Of a stretch of 64,000 nt of DNA, positions 1-8,670 are shown in pieces (within the stretch, counting starts at the first letter, position 1; each line of letters starts with the position of its first letter). A model generated the notes under the pieces. It was not told the origin of the DNA and did no database searches. It saw nothing but the letters and a program-made list of their open reading frames with translations. A program made the position numbers and the translations under genes. Source of the DNA: Planctomycetota bacterium (GTDB lineage Bacteria; Planctomycetota; UBA1135; UBA2386); the NCBI GenBank assembly GCA_965228735.1, contig OZ245838.1, forward strand, positions 2,400,001-2,464,000, in the 5' to 3' direction.

Positions 1-53
1 CGGTGCGCCACCTCCCGATCACCCCGGACAAGGTCCTCGCGGCCCTCAGCTGA
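1..53 (+). CDS. C-terminal end of a xanthine dehydrogenase/aldehyde oxidoreductase molybdopterin-binding subunit (partial)
   Basis: Frame from position 3 reads VRHLPITPDKVLAALS*, the typical C-terminus of this subunit; lies directly upstream of the FAD subunit. Confidence 0.75.
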   Translation, partial: VRHLPITPDKVLAALS

Positions 54-69
54 ACCAGGAGCCTCACAG

Positions 70-1053
70 ATGAAACCGTTCACCTACGTGGTTCCGAAGT
101 CGCTCGCCGAGGCCGGCGAGGCCGCGGGCCAGCCCGACACGATCGTGAAGGGCGCCGGCCTCGACATCGTCGACCGGATGAAGGAACGCCTCGTGACGCC
201 CGCGAAGGTCGTCAACCTGCTGCCGCTCAAGCGCGAGATGGCCGGCGTCGGCAAACAGGACGACGGCTCGGTCACGATCGGGGCGCTCACGACGCTGACG
301 CAGCTCGAGCAGCACCCGGCACTCCAGGACAGGGCGCTCGCCGGCCTGCGCGAATCGGCCGCGATCACGGCGACACCGCTCGTGCGCAACCGCGCGACCG
401 TCGCCGGCAACATCCTGCAGTTCACGCGCTGCTGGTACGTGCGCAGCGAGGCGCACAAGTGTCTGCACGGCAAGCGCGGCCCGACGTGCCTCGCGATGTT
501 CGGCGACAACCGCTACCACTCCGTCATGGGGTTCGCCAACTGCGTGCGCGTACACCCGAGCAACCTCGCGCCGCCACTGCTCGCGCTCGGCGCCGAGTAC
601 ACGACCGTGAAGGACGGCGAGACGAAGCGTCGGCCGATGGCCGAACTGTTCCCCACGGTGCCGCTCGCGGAGAAGAACGAGCACACGCTCGAGGACGACG
701 AGATCGTCACGGCGATCCACGTGCCGAAACAGCCGGCCGGGGCGCGTTCGTGGTATTCGGAGAGCCGCGAGAAGCTCAGCTTCGACTGGGCGACGACCGC
801 GTGCGCCGTGCGCGTCGTCCTCGACGGCGGCGTGATCCGCGCGGCCGATCTCGTGCTCGGCGCGGTCTCGCCCGTGCCGCGCGCGCGACCCGACGCCGCG
901 AAGCTGCTCGTCGGCGAGAAGCCGAGCGACGCGTTGTTCCGAAAGGTCGCGGAGAAGGCGTTCGAGGGCGCCGTGCCGCTGACGCACAACGCCTACAAGA
1001 TCCCCGTCGGCAAGGCGATCGTGCGCGACGCGCTTCACAGGGTGACCGGGTAA
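70..1053 (+). CDS. Molybdo-flavoenzyme FAD-binding subunit (PaoB/YagS-like) with Cys-rich [4Fe-4S] insert
   Basis: IGALTTL and RNRATVAGN motifs; insert RCWY..KC..TC..NCVRVHPSN; AGGAG RBS upstream. Confidence 0.9.
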   Translation: MKPFTYVVPKSLAEAGEAAGQPDTIVKGAGLDIVDRMKERLVTPAKVVNLLPLKREMAGVGKQDDGSVTIGALTTLTQLEQHPALQDRALAGLRESAAITATPLVRNRATVAGNILQFTRCWYVRSEAHKCLHGKRGPTCLAMFGDNRYHSVMGFANCVRVHPSNLAPPLLALGAEYTTVKDGETKRRPMAELFPTVPLAEKNEHTLEDDEIVTAIHVPKQPAGARSWYSESREKLSFDWATTACAVRVVLDGGVIRAADLVLGAVSPVPRARPDAAKLLVGEKPSDALFRKVAEKAFEGAVPLTHNAYKIPVGKAIVRDALHRVTG

Positions 1054-1069
1054 CTGGAGGGAGCGAACG

Positions 1070-1315
1070 ATGACGACGAATCGAAACGTGACGACGCACC
1101 GGGACCTGCTGCCGCGGGATCTCTGCCCGGCGATGCTGCTCAAGCACCTGCTCACGCACGGCATGGACGAGGCGGTGTTCGACGACCGCGAGTGGCCGGG
1201 CGACGGCTACTACTGGTGCGCCAACACCTGCAACTGCGTCGGCCCCGATGACGAGCTCGTGCACCCGGAATCGTGCCGACCGGGTCGCGGCTGCTACGAC
1301 GGCCCGCGCGCCTGA
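1070..1315 (+). CDS. Small Cys-rich hypothetical protein
   Basis: GGAGG RBS; 81 aa with 6 Cys, including YYWCANTCNCVGPDD..SC..GC. Confidence 0.75.
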   Translation: MTTNRNVTTHRDLLPRDLCPAMLLKHLLTHGMDEAVFDDREWPGDGYYWCANTCNCVGPDDELVHPESCRPGRGCYDGPRA

Positions 1316-1343
1316 CCGTCCGTCCCGTGAAGCTGACCGGACC

Positions 1344-1829
1344 GTGAAACTGAGCGGCACGTGGCGGGGCGAGTACACCTACGGCGACGGCTACGTCGAA
1401 GACGGTGTCGCGGGCAGGAGCGTGCCGTTCACGATGAGCCTGACCGAGTCATGGCTGCGCCGGTTCGCGGGCTACGTGCGCGACGACGCGTCGCGCGGTG
1501 GCCAGCCCGAACGTGGTCGCGTTCTCGGGAAGCGCCGAGCGCAGCGCGTGGAGTTCGTGAAGACGATGCCGAAGGGCTACGTCAACGTCGACGGCGAGCT
1601 CGTCGAAGCCCGCCAGGTCCTCGAAGAAGAGCTCGGGACCGAGATCGACGAACGCGACCTGCCCGACCACCGCATCGCCTACGTCGGCGAACTCGACGAC
1701 AGCGGCGAGGCCATGCGCGGCACCTGGCAGATCGTCACCGCGGGCCGCAGGGGCCTCAATGTCGTCCTCGGCGGCGGCGACGGCACCTGGACCGCCCGCC
1801 GCGCGAGCGACCAACCCACCGAGGTCTGA
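1344..1829 (+). CDS. Hypothetical protein (beta-rich)
   Basis: GTG start inferred; LSGTWRGEYTY...MRGTWQI...GTWTARR; GC3-rich codon pattern. Confidence 0.7.
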   Translation: MKLSGTWRGEYTYGDGYVEDGVAGRSVPFTMSLTESWLRRFAGYVRDDASRGGQPERGRVLGKRRAQRVEFVKTMPKGYVNVDGELVEARQVLEEELGTEIDERDLPDHRIAYVGELDDSGEAMRGTWQIVTAGRRGLNVVLGGGDGTWTARRASDQPTEV

Positions 1830-1836
1830 AGAGGTC

Positions 1837-1972
1837 GGGTACGGTGCCTGGCGTACGGAACCTTGGCGTACGGAACCTGGTTCATGCTGCCGGCCGCGAG
1901 CCAGTTGCCGCGCGCGTAGCGCCTAGGGGGTCGGCAGCATGAACCTGGTTCCGTACGCCAGGCACCGTACCC
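1837..1972. repeat. Long inverted repeat (REP/MITE-like) between convergent genes
   Basis: The right arm (1932-1972) reverse-complements to GGGTACGGTGCCTGGCGTACGGAACCAGGTTCATGCTGCCG. This matches the left arm (1837-1892), which also carries a 15-bp internal duplication. Confidence 0.85.
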
Positions 1973-1979
1973 AACCCTC

Positions 1980-3284
1980 TCAGAGTTCGCGGAGGCGGAG
2001 GTTGCGCCAGCGGACCTCGAACGGGCCGCGGCCCTTGCCGATGCCGTGGACCTGCAGGCCGATGAAGCCCTGGGGGTGCGATGCGAACATCTTGTCGTGC
2101 GTGAGGTCGCTCACCCGCTTGCCGTTGACCCAGACCTGGATGCGCGGGCCCTTCGCGACGACGCGGTAGGCGTTCCACTCGCCATCCCGGAAATGCTTGT
2201 GCGGCTGACGCACGTCCGTCGGCGTCATCCAACCGCCCGCGGCCTCGGCGTAGAGGTAGCCGGCCTCGGCGCCGTTCTTGCCGCTCGCCTCGATCTCGAC
2301 CTGCGGGCCGTTCACGCGGCCGTTGCCCGGCTTCTCGCGGGACCGGATCTGCACACCCGAGTTGAGGGGGTCGTCGACCTTGACCTCGAAGCGCAACTCG
2401 AAGTCGCCGTAGTCGCGTTCCGTGCAGAGGAACGAGTTGGGTGAGCCCTCCGCCGTTTTGCCGACGATCGCACCATCCTCGACCCGGTAGGTCGCCGTGC
2501 CGTTCTTCTGCGTCCAGCCCTTCAAGGTGTCGCCATCGAACAACGGCTCGAACTTCGTCGTGATCGGTTCGAGCTCGACCTTCCGGAACTCGCAACGCGC
2601 GCCCTCGGCCTGCAGCGCGATCTGCCCCGAGCTCGCGGTGCAGTCGAACCCGTTGTTCACGAAGTCGCCGTTGACCCAGATCTCGATCTCGCGGTCACGA
2701 CACTCGATCACCATCTCGTTCCACTCGCCGAGCGGCCGCTCGCTGCCGTCGGTCAGGTTCTGGATGCGGCGCCGGTCGCCCTCGTCGCCGCCCCACTTCG
2801 CCTTCGGCCCGTCCGGCCCGCGGCGCACGACCATGTCCGGCACCTTGATGTCCTCGCCGATGCACCAGAAGTCGCCGGCGTTGCCATGGTGCAGCTGACA
2901 CTCGATCGACTGCGGGAACATCTTGTAGAGCCGGCGCGGCGTCGAGCTGTGCACGAGCACACCGCAGTTGCCCGGCTTGCCGGGCCAGCGCCACTCGACC
3001 GTCAGGCGGTAGTTCGAGTACCTGCCGTTCGTGATCAGATGACCCAGCGGCTTGCCCGCGCTCACGAGCAGACCGTTCTCGACGAGGAACGACGGCGGCA
3101 GTTCCGCGCCGTCGTCGGCCGCCGGAACGTCGGCGTGCCAGTTGCTCAGGTCCGAGCCGTTGAACAGCTGGACCGACGCCGGGCCCTGCGGCGATAACGG
3201 CGACTGGGGCTGCTGCGCGCCCGCGACGGATACCGGCGCGAGAACGAGCAGCGCGAGAAGAACGAGACGCGATGCCTTGGGCAT
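1980..3284 (-). CDS. Secreted protein with two DUF1080 (3-keto-disaccharide hydrolase-like) domains
   Basis: Signal peptide; two modules LFNGSDLSNW..GEWN..GQIALQAEG and LFDGDTLKGW..NSGVQIRS..GEWN..GFIGLQVH. Confidence 0.9.
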   Translation of the reverse strand: MPKASRLVLLALLVLAPVSVAGAQQPQSPLSPQGPASVQLFNGSDLSNWHADVPAADDGAELPPSFLVENGLLVSAGKPLGHLITNGRYSNYRLTVEWRWPGKPGNCGVLVHSSTPRRLYKMFPQSIECQLHHGNAGDFWCIGEDIKVPDMVVRRGPDGPKAKWGGDEGDRRRIQNLTDGSERPLGEWNEMVIECRDREIEIWVNGDFVNNGFDCTASSGQIALQAEGARCEFRKVELEPITTKFEPLFDGDTLKGWTQKNGTATYRVEDGAIVGKTAEGSPNSFLCTERDYGDFELRFEVKVDDPLNSGVQIRSREKPGNGRVNGPQVEIEASGKNGAEAGYLYAEAAGGWMTPTDVRQPHKHFRDGEWNAYRVVAKGPRIQVWVNGKRVSDLTHDKMFASHPQGFIGLQVHGIGKGRGPFEVRWRNLRLREL

Positions 3285-3293
3285 CGCGGCAGC

Positions 3294-4136
3294 CTACCGG
3301 GTCCGCAGGATGATGTGCCAGCCGTAGGGGCTGTCCGTCTTGTGGTACGGCGTCACCCCGACCTCGCCGACCTCGAGGCTCCACGCGACCTTGTTGAAGC
3401 CCGGCACCATCTCCTTCGGCCCCATCTCGTAGACGCCGGGGCCCGAGTCGCTGGAGTAGCGCTGGCGCAGGGTCTCGAACTTGGTGCCCTCCAACGCCTG
3501 CTTGTAGACCTTGGCCGCGAGCTTCTCCGCGACCTCCTTGCTGCGCTTCACCTCCGCGCGCTGCGCGCCGGCGAACGCCACGAGAACGTGCTCGACCTTG
3601 ATCTTGTCGCCCTGCTTGCGCGGCGCGTCATCGAAGTGCGCGATCGCTTCCTGCATCGCGGCCATCGCGTCGGTCTCGAGGTCGGCCGTCGGCCGGAACC
3701 CACCGGTCACGGTCTTCGGCTCGGGCGGCAGGTCGCTCGGCGGCGGCGGCGCATCACTCGCGATCGGCGCCTTGGACAGCTCCCCGTCCTTGTTCGGTCC
3801 CGGCACCGGCGCCGCATCGGCATCGAGTTTCGGGGTGCCATCCGTGGCATCCGGAGTCGTGGCGTCCGGGGTCGTGGCATCCGGGGTCGTGGCATCCGTA
3901 GCCTCGGCATCCGGATCCTTGGCGTTCGGGGCCTTGGCGTCCGGGGCCTTGGCGTCCGGGGCATTCGCATCGGGAGCGCCATCCGGGGCGTTCGCCCCCG
4001 CGTTCTGCTCCGGCGCCGCCGCTGCGCCGCCGCTGTCGTCGCCGCCGCTGGAGTCGGTGTCGGCCGCGCCACCGCCGCAGGCCGCGAGTAGGAGAGTCAA
4101 CCAGATCGTCTTCTGCATCATGTTCGTGCGGTTCAC
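3294..4136 (-). CDS. Parvulin-type peptidyl-prolyl isomerase lipoprotein with low-complexity linker
   Basis: Lipobox LAAC; HVLVAF, YSSD, MVPGF and SPYGWHII rotamase motifs. The start may be one of the later Met codons (MMQKT). Confidence 0.88.
   Translation of the reverse strand: MNRTNMMQKTIWLTLLLAACGGGAADTDSSGGDDSGGAAAAPEQNAGANAPDGAPDANAPDAKAPDAKAPNAKDPDAEATDATTPDATTPDATTPDATDGTPKLDADAAPVPGPNKDGELSKAPIASDAPPPPSDLPPEPKTVTGGFRPTADLETDAMAAMQEAIAHFDDAPRKQGDKIKVEHVLVAFAGAQRAEVKRSKEVAEKLAAKVYKQALEGTKFETLRQRYSSDSGPGVYEMGPKEMVPGFNKVAWSLEVGEVGVTPYHKTDSPYGWHIILRTR
3836..3995 (-). repeat. Coding 15-bp tandem repeat (PDATT/PDAKA pentapeptides)
   Basis: Units such as gtcgtggcatccggg and gccttggcgtccggg, about ten degenerate copies. 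Confidence 0.8.
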
Positions 4137-4160
4137 CCGCGAGTAAGTGGCCCGCAGGAT

Positions 4161-6389
4161 TCAGTCCCCCGCCCGCGGCGTCAACAGGTCCTTGAGCCGC
4201 AGCCACTGGAACTTCCGACTGTGCGCCGAAACGGCACGGTTCAAGCCGTGCCGGGAACGCGGGTAGACCATGAGCTCGAAGTTCTGCTTGCCGGCCTTCT
4301 GCAGCTCCCAGACGAGCTGCATCGAGTTCTGCATGTGCACGTTGTCGTCCATCGTGCCGTGCAGGATCACGAGGTGACCGTGCAGGTCCTTCGCGGCCTT
4401 GATCACCGACGTCGCGTCGTAGCCGCTCTTGTTCTCCTGCGGCGTGCGCATGTAGCGCTCGGTGTAGATCGTGTCGTAGAGCCGCCAGTCGTAGACCCCC
4501 GCCCCGGCGAGGCCGAGCGCGAACTTCTTGCTGTGCGTCAGCGCGAACGCGCTCATGAAGCCGCCGTAACTCCAGCCACTGATCGCGACGCGGGCGGGAT
4601 CACCGCCGAACTCGCTGCACACGTGATCGACCGCGTCCTCGAGGTCGCGCAGCTCGACGATGCCGAGCTTCTGATACGCCATGCCGGTGTGGTGCTGACC
4701 GCGACCGCTCGCCGACCGGACGTTGACCTGCAGCACGATGAACCCCTGCTGCGCGAGGAACTGGTGGTAGGTCGAGTGGCGCCAGCTGTCGCGCACCGTC
4801 GGCGCATCCGGACCCGAGTAGGTCGGCAGGAACACCGGGTAGCGCTTCCCCTCCTCCATCGCCGTCGGCAGCATCACGCAGGCGTCGAGCTGATAGCCGT
4901 CGCGCGCGGTCACGGTCACGCGCTGCCGCTCGCTGAACGCATACTTCGTCTCGCCGTCACCGCGACTGGCCTGACCGAGATCCTTGACGATCTTGCCGGT
5001 CACGCCGTCGCGCACGACGACCCGCGTCGGCATGTCCATCGCCGACCACTGGTCGATGAGGAACGAGCGATCCGGGTTGAACGACGGCGAGTGGCTGCCG
5101 ACGCCCGGCGTGAGGCAGACGAGCCCCTCACCGTTGAGACCGACGCGGTAGTAGTGCCGCCCGGTCGCGCCGTCCTTCGTGCCCTCGAACCAGAGCAGCC
5201 CGCGCTCTTCGTCGACCGCGACGATGCTGCGCACCTGCCAGTCGCCGCTCGTGACCGCGCGGATGAGCTTGCCCTTCGGCGCGTAGTGGTAGACGTGCTG
5301 GTAGCCCGTGCGTTCGGAGTACCACAGGAACGAACCGTCCGCGAGGAAGCGCGGCGGACTCGGCCGGTTGACCCACGTCGGGCTCTCGTCGCGGATCCAA
5401 CGCGAGAGCTTGCCCGTCGCCGGATCACAGGCACAGAGCTCGGCCCACGTCTGGATCCGATCCTGCAGCGTCAGCAGCAGGGTGCCGCCGTCCGGCGTCC
5501 AACCGACGCGCACGACGAGCACGTCCGCGGGAAAATCCGACAGGTCGACCTCGACGATGCGATGACCGTCGACGTGGGCGACGGACATGCGCGCGGTCGG
5601 GTTCGGATCCCCGGCCTTGGGGTAGTTGGTGACCTCCGACTCGACGGCGCGCTCCCGGTCGAGGAAGTCCTCCGGCACGTGATCGACCACGGTGAACTCG
5701 CGCACCTTCGACTCGTCGAGCGACAGGAACGCGACCATGTCGGACCGCGGCGACCACCAGTGCCCCTGGAAGCGCCCGCGGCCGTAGAGCTCCTCCTGGT
5801 AGACCCAGTCGAGCGCGCCGTGGAACATCTCGTCGCCACCGTCCTTCGTCACGGCCCACTCCGTCAGCTTCGCCACGTCGAGCAGGACGAGGTCGTTGTC
5901 GCGCACGAACGAGGCCCGCTTGCCGTCGGGGCTCAGGTGCGCCTCCTGCTTGCGACCGGTCGCGCTGCCATCGGACGTGAGCCGCAGTGCGTCCTTGCCC
6001 GGCTTTCTGCCGCGCCCCCGCGGACCGCGCGCCGAACGCCCGACGGGAGTCTCCTCGAGCCAGAGGTCGCCTTCGAAGACGCGCACGCGCTTCCGGGTCT
6101 CGGGTTTCGCGGGCGGTTGCGCCGGCCGCCTCGGCCCCGTTCGCGGCTTGGCCTTCTGCGGGGTCATCGCGCCGGTCGCGGGGTCGAGCAGCTGACTGCG
6201 CTTGCCCTGCTGAACGACCACGTGCTTGCCGTCCTCCGACCAGCTGGCCGGCGGCACCCGGCCCTGCCAGCTCACCCGCTTGCGCGTGTCCTCGAACGTG
6301 AGGCGCTGGCGCTCCTGGGCACCGAGCGCGGCGGTCGAAGCGAGACCCAGGGAGAACGTGAGAACGAGGAGGTGCGAAGTGAGCTTCAT
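4161..6389 (-). CDS. S9B family dipeptidyl peptidase IV-like protein
   Basis: Signal peptide; DWVYQEE; nucleophile motif GWSYGG; HGTMDDNVH; His in YPRSRHG. Confidence 0.95.
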   Translation of the reverse strand: MKLTSHLLVLTFSLGLASTAALGAQERQRLTFEDTRKRVSWQGRVPPASWSEDGKHVVVQQGKRSQLLDPATGAMTPQKAKPRTGPRRPAQPPAKPETRKRVRVFEGDLWLEETPVGRSARGPRGRGRKPGKDALRLTSDGSATGRKQEAHLSPDGKRASFVRDNDLVLLDVAKLTEWAVTKDGGDEMFHGALDWVYQEELYGRGRFQGHWWSPRSDMVAFLSLDESKVREFTVVDHVPEDFLDRERAVESEVTNYPKAGDPNPTARMSVAHVDGHRIVEVDLSDFPADVLVVRVGWTPDGGTLLLTLQDRIQTWAELCACDPATGKLSRWIRDESPTWVNRPSPPRFLADGSFLWYSERTGYQHVYHYAPKGKLIRAVTSGDWQVRSIVAVDEERGLLWFEGTKDGATGRHYYRVGLNGEGLVCLTPGVGSHSPSFNPDRSFLIDQWSAMDMPTRVVVRDGVTGKIVKDLGQASRGDGETKYAFSERQRVTVTARDGYQLDACVMLPTAMEEGKRYPVFLPTYSGPDAPTVRDSWRHSTYHQFLAQQGFIVLQVNVRSASGRGQHHTGMAYQKLGIVELRDLEDAVDHVCSEFGGDPARVAISGWSYGGFMSAFALTHSKKFALGLAGAGVYDWRLYDTIYTERYMRTPQENKSGYDATSVIKAAKDLHGHLVILHGTMDDNVHMQNSMQLVWELQKAGKQNFELMVYPRSRHGLNRAVSAHSRKFQWLRLKDLLTPRAGD

Positions 6390-6502
6390 CGTGGCGAACC
6401 GGGAACCGGCGAGAGATCCCGGATGCTACGGCTCACCCGACGCCACGCCGCCGCGTTCGGGGTAAGAAAAGTGTGGCCGCGGCGACTCGCCCGGGCGGCG
6501 CC

Positions 6503-8479
6503 TCAACCACCCGCGGGCGTGCCCCCGACGGGAGGCGCTCCGCCGCCCCCGATCGCCGCCTCGATCCGCTGCAGCCAGTCGAGGTAGGCCTGGTCCTGGG
6601 CGTTGGCCTGGCGGATCTCCTCGCGCCGCGCCTGCCACTGGGCCTCGAGCCCAACGGCGCGCAGCGGCAGGATGCCGAGGCGGGCGAACGGCGAGTTCGG
6701 CGGCGACTGCCGGAAGATCTCCGCGACGATGCGTGCGTGCTCCTTCGGGATGTCGGAGCCGAGCTGCTGCAGCACGCAGAGCGCGGACGCCAGCGTCCAG
6801 AAACCGGGCTGCCAGCGCGGCTCCTGCAGCGCCGTCGTCTGCAGCCAGTGCACGATGTAGCGCTCGCCGTAGAGCCGCTCCTTCGGCATCGCGCCCGCGG
6901 CAGTCGCGACGAGCGCGGCGTGCTGACCGAGGCCGTCCGCGTAGCGCTGCCAGAACGCCGCATCACCGACCGGTGGCTTGTGATCGGCCGGGCCGCCGAG
7001 CAGCGGCCACAGCTTCTGCTGCGCGTCGAGCAGCATCTGGCCGATGTCGTTGCTGCCGCCCTCGACGGTGACGTCGCCGGTCCGAGCCTTGGTCGCCGAG
7101 TCGAAGACCGTGAGTTCGATGCGGCGGCGATCGCCCTCGACACGCAACGCGCCCGTGACGAGCAGCGTCGAACTGCGCTCCTGATCCGGCAACTGCGCCG
7201 TGATCTGCTCCGCCGACCACGGCCGACCGAGCAACGCCCACCCGCCGTTCTCGGCGACCGGCAGCGCCGCGGTGCCGCGATGCGGCGTCGCGAGCCACAC
7301 CTGCTCCGCGAGATGCAGCGGCACGGCGCGCGTCAACCGCGCGATGTCCTCGGGCGGCTGCTGGTTCGGGTTCTTGGCGATGTCGCCGTCGAGCGCGAGC
7401 GCGACGACGAGGACCTGCTTGTGACCCGGTTGCTTCTGCGGCAGCAGCCACTGCGGCTCGCCGAGCGCCGAACAGAACGCCGGCAGCTCGAAGCGGAACA
7501 TCCCGACCCGCGGCTGTGCCGGCGGCGCGACCTGCGGCAGGGCCGCGAGGCGTTGGCGATCGAACTCGCCGGTGAACGGGTGCAGCTGCTCCGCGATCGC
7601 GTGGCCGTAGTGCACGTACATGCGGTGCAGCAGCGCCGCCCCGTCCGCGTGCCGACCGGTCGCTGCGAGGTGGTTGAGCAGCGCGAGGCCGACGTTGGGA
7701 TGGTCCCGACCCGGCGTGAAGCGCGGCTCGACGAGCTCCTGCACGAGGTCGTGCTGACGCGCGTTGACGAGGTCCGTCGCGGCCATCAGCAACACGTCGG
7801 AGATCGCGGGCGAATCCGCGTTGGCCGCCAGCTGCGCGCGATACCGCTCGGCGGCGACTGCCGCCTTCTCCTCCTGGAGATCGAGCCGCGCGAGCCAGAG
7901 CTGCGCGCGCCAGGCGTTCGGCAACTCCGCGAGCTTGTCGAGCTCCGCGCGCGTCCCGGCCTCGCCGACCTCCTTGAGTCGCACCTGCAGCCAGCCGTGC
8001 ACCGCGTCCGGATTGTTGGGGTCGAGCCCCAGCGCCTCGAAGAGCAGGGTCTCCGCGGTGGCGGTGTCCCCGGCGCGGTCGGCGAGCATCGCCTTGCCAA
8101 CGCGCGCGCCGACCGAGTCGGGCCGCTTGTTCTGCAGTTCATCGAGCGAGAACCGCGCCGCCTCGAGGTCGCCCGCGTCGCGCTGCACGACGGAGAGCAG
8201 ACTCAGCGCGCGCTCGGGCTCGGAGTCGATCGCCGCGAGTCGGTTGGCGGCCTGCACGAGATCCTTGGCGAAGCCATGCTGCAGCCCCTGGACGATCACC
8301 TGGCTCAGCTGCGCTGGATCGTTGCCGTGCGTCTTCAGCATCTCGGGCAGCACCCGCGAACGATACTCGTCGCGGGACAACCGCACGCGGCGGCCGAAGT
8401 TGTCGGTGGCATCGATGAACTCGCCATCGCCGGGTGAGCCGGCCGACTGGCCGGCTCGAGTGTTCGTCGGATCGGACAT
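6503..8479 (-). CDS. Tetratricopeptide-repeat-containing protein
   Basis: Helical repeats such as AETLLFEALGLDPNNPDA; 658-aa ORF with GC3-rich codons. Confidence 0.75.
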   Translation of the reverse strand: MSDPTNTRAGQSAGSPGDGEFIDATDNFGRRVRLSRDEYRSRVLPEMLKTHGNDPAQLSQVIVQGLQHGFAKDLVQAANRLAAIDSEPERALSLLSVVQRDAGDLEAARFSLDELQNKRPDSVGARVGKAMLADRAGDTATAETLLFEALGLDPNNPDAVHGWLQVRLKEVGEAGTRAELDKLAELPNAWRAQLWLARLDLQEEKAAVAAERYRAQLAANADSPAISDVLLMAATDLVNARQHDLVQELVEPRFTPGRDHPNVGLALLNHLAATGRHADGAALLHRMYVHYGHAIAEQLHPFTGEFDRQRLAALPQVAPPAQPRVGMFRFELPAFCSALGEPQWLLPQKQPGHKQVLVVALALDGDIAKNPNQQPPEDIARLTRAVPLHLAEQVWLATPHRGTAALPVAENGGWALLGRPWSAEQITAQLPDQERSSTLLVTGALRVEGDRRRIELTVFDSATKARTGDVTVEGGSNDIGQMLLDAQQKLWPLLGGPADHKPPVGDAAFWQRYADGLGQHAALVATAAGAMPKERLYGERYIVHWLQTTALQEPRWQPGFWTLASALCVLQQLGSDIPKEHARIVAEIFRQSPPNSPFARLGILPLRAVGLEAQWQARREEIRQANAQDQAYLDWLQRIEAAIGGGGAPPVGGTPAGG

Positions 8480-8540
8480 CAGGGCGAGCAGGGTAGTCGC
8501 TGGGGTCGGCCGCGCAACGCCGCGCTGCGCCGCGGCGGCC

Positions 8541-8580
8541 GGGACGGCCGGTGACGGCCGGTGAAGGCCGGTGACAGCCG
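8541..8580. repeat. Four tandem 10-bp direct repeats in a divergent intergenic region
   Basis: gggacggccg gtgacggccg gtgaaggccg gtgacagccg. Confidence 0.7.
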
Positions 8581-8670
8581 CGACGGGGGCGACGTCGCGG
8601 CGATGTGACCTCGACCGACGGCGCCCGTGGTTCCCTCGCGGTCGCGTAGCTCGCGGGGTAGCGTGCCGGC

